Virus record (IMG/VR): IMGVR_UViG_3300045988_162372
Reading direction: 5' to 3' (one strand)
Length of the DNA stretch: 64,000 nucleotides
From: a virus
In this document: positions 63,166 to 64,000 of the stretch, one piece after another
How positions within the stretch are numbered: the stretch's first letter is position 1
Layout of the letters: the number at the start of each line of letters is the position of its first letter
Program-made: the position numbers and the translations under genes
The notes under the pieces: model-generated
What the model was told of the DNA's origin: nothing
The model's input: only the letters and a program-made list of their open reading frames with translations
Database searches by the model: none

Positions 63166-63567
63166 ATGGCATATAATTTCTTCATAAACAAAGGGGCAAC
63201 ATTACCAACACTTAGAATGGAAGCAATAAATGACGGCAGACATGATTTCTCTAAATTAAACATTGCCCTACAAGCAGCAGATGTATATTTCAATATGACA
63301 AATATTGAAAATGGTATTAGAAAAATTGCTAATCAAAAAGCAAATGTTATCATGAAAGAAGATAACGGTTGCGAGGATAAATATATCATTGAATATCAAT
63401 GGAAAGAAAGAGATACAAAAACACCAGGACTTTATAAAGGAGAGTTTAGAATTGTATTCAATGACACAGTTGAAGTAGATGGCAAAACATTGCCAATAGG
63501 TGAGTTGATAGTACCTATATCACAAGAACTACACATACATATTATAGAAGGAAATATTAAAAAATGA
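63166..63567 (+). CDS. hypothetical protein
   Basis: I prefer Met28 of the track ORF (MAYNFFINKGATLPTL...), because the upstream part overlaps the divergent promoter region. YQWKERDTKTPGLYKGEFRIVF resembles motifs of Ig-like phage tail-accessory domains, weakly. Confidence 0.5.
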   Translation: MAYNFFINKGATLPTLRMEAINDGRHDFSKLNIALQAADVYFNMTNIENGIRKIANQKANVIMKEDNGCEDKYIIEYQWKERDTKTPGLYKGEFRIVFNDTVEVDGKTLPIGELIVPISQELHIHIIEGNIKK

Positions 63568-63585
63568 AAAATATAGCTTTCAGGT

Positions 63586-63616
63586 TTTGTTCTTACCCTA
63601 TTTAATAGTATATTTG
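63586..63616 (+). promoter_or_regulatory. Bacteroidota sigmaA-type promoter for the right-edge gene
   Basis: TTTG is at 63586..63589 and TATATTTG at 63609..63616, 19 nt apart. Confidence 0.65.
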
Positions 63617-63702
63617 CATTGAAGTTTGATTGGCATGATGTATTGAAGAGTAATACTTAACTGCTGATTCAGTAAAATATGTTAATTAATAAATTATTTG
63701 TA

Positions 63703-64000
63703 ATGAGTTCAAAACCTGAAGTAACAAAAGAGCAGGTACATGCTTTTTTGATGGGTAGTAACCCAATGGAACATATCATCAAAATCGAAGGAGATTATAA
63801 TGATGATAAGATTTATGTTATTTACAGAGATGAGAATAACAAACTAAAGACTGACATAGATAATTTCTATCCTTTTGTATGGTGTAAACAAAGCACTGGA
63901 CGTTTTCTCTATAATGGGGACAGAAAGAAACTGAAAGACGCTATGGCTAAATACAATTTAGGCTGTAAGGGTCTTAGAATACATGATACTGATGGAAATG
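63703..64000 (+). CDS. partial ORF (N-terminus only), possibly a T4 gp43-like family B DNA polymerase
   Basis: Missing from the ORF track because it runs off the window. It is open from ATG 63703 to the end. MSSKPEVTKEQVHAFLMGSNPMEHIIKIEGDYNDDKIYVIYRDENNKLKTDIDNFYPFVWCKQ... resembles the N-terminal pattern of gp43-type polymerases (I.IE..gn.i..ry.DenG......y.P..f). Only 99 codons are visible. Confidence 0.4.
   Translation, partial: MSSKPEVTKEQVHAFLMGSNPMEHIIKIEGDYNDDKIYVIYRDENNKLKTDIDNFYPFVWCKQSTGRFLYNGDRKKLKDAMAKYNLGCKGLRIHDTDGN

Noticed and set aside
63579-63720. 11-nt perfect inverted repeat TTCAGGTTTTG (63579..63589) / CAAAACCTGAA (63710..63720) bracketing the promoter and start codon of the right-edge gene.
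   Set aside because: The left arm lies upstream of the predicted transcription start, so it would be absent from the promoter's own transcript. It overlaps the -33 element, which explains part of the sequence. With 120 nt between the arms I cannot separate it from chance. It would only matter for read-through transcripts.

Overview
This window is one contiguous, densely coding piece of a very AT-rich (by eye about 30% GC) tailed dsDNA phage genome with a contractile tail. I call 57 protein genes (49 minus, 8 plus), one decayed gene copy and one tRNA-Leu(UAG). I see no rRNA, CRISPR array or integrase. (1) Tail and baseplate genes: an unusually long sheath (1074 aa), gp19-like tube, tape measure (1157 aa), gp25-like and J/gp6-like wedge proteins, a LysM/gpX-like protein, 1098-aa and 2116-aa virion proteins, and a 918-codon partial ORF at the left edge that the ORF track omits. 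(2) T4-like replication and nucleotide genes: NrdD/NrdG, DnaB/gp41-like helicase, FEN/RNase H, RecA/UvsX-like recombinase, gp32-like SSB, SNF2 helicase, DnaQ-like exonuclease, dUTPase, a GMP-reductase/IMPDH-family enzyme, and a probable gp43-like polymerase N-terminus at the right edge. (3) Accessory genes: a sigma-70-like factor, two glycosyltransferases, a 2H phosphoesterase (LigT/Acb1-like), a signal-peptide moron, and homing-endonuclease-like genes (two long zinc-ribbon forms, one short form, one remnant). Regulation: ten promoters fit the Bacteroidota -33 TTTG / -7 TAnnTTTG consensus with 19-20 nt spacing, which argues for a Bacteroidota host. Two other boxes recur at fixed distances upstream of mainly structural genes and may be phage-specific promoters. 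About a dozen hairpin terminators are visible. The most unusual feature is a 613-bp ORF-free gap inside the tail operon. It holds a 323-bp quasi-palindromic element packed with short repeats and bounded by inverted repeats (28768..29090), which I cannot assign to a known class. All functional calls rest on motifs read by eye; no database search was possible.
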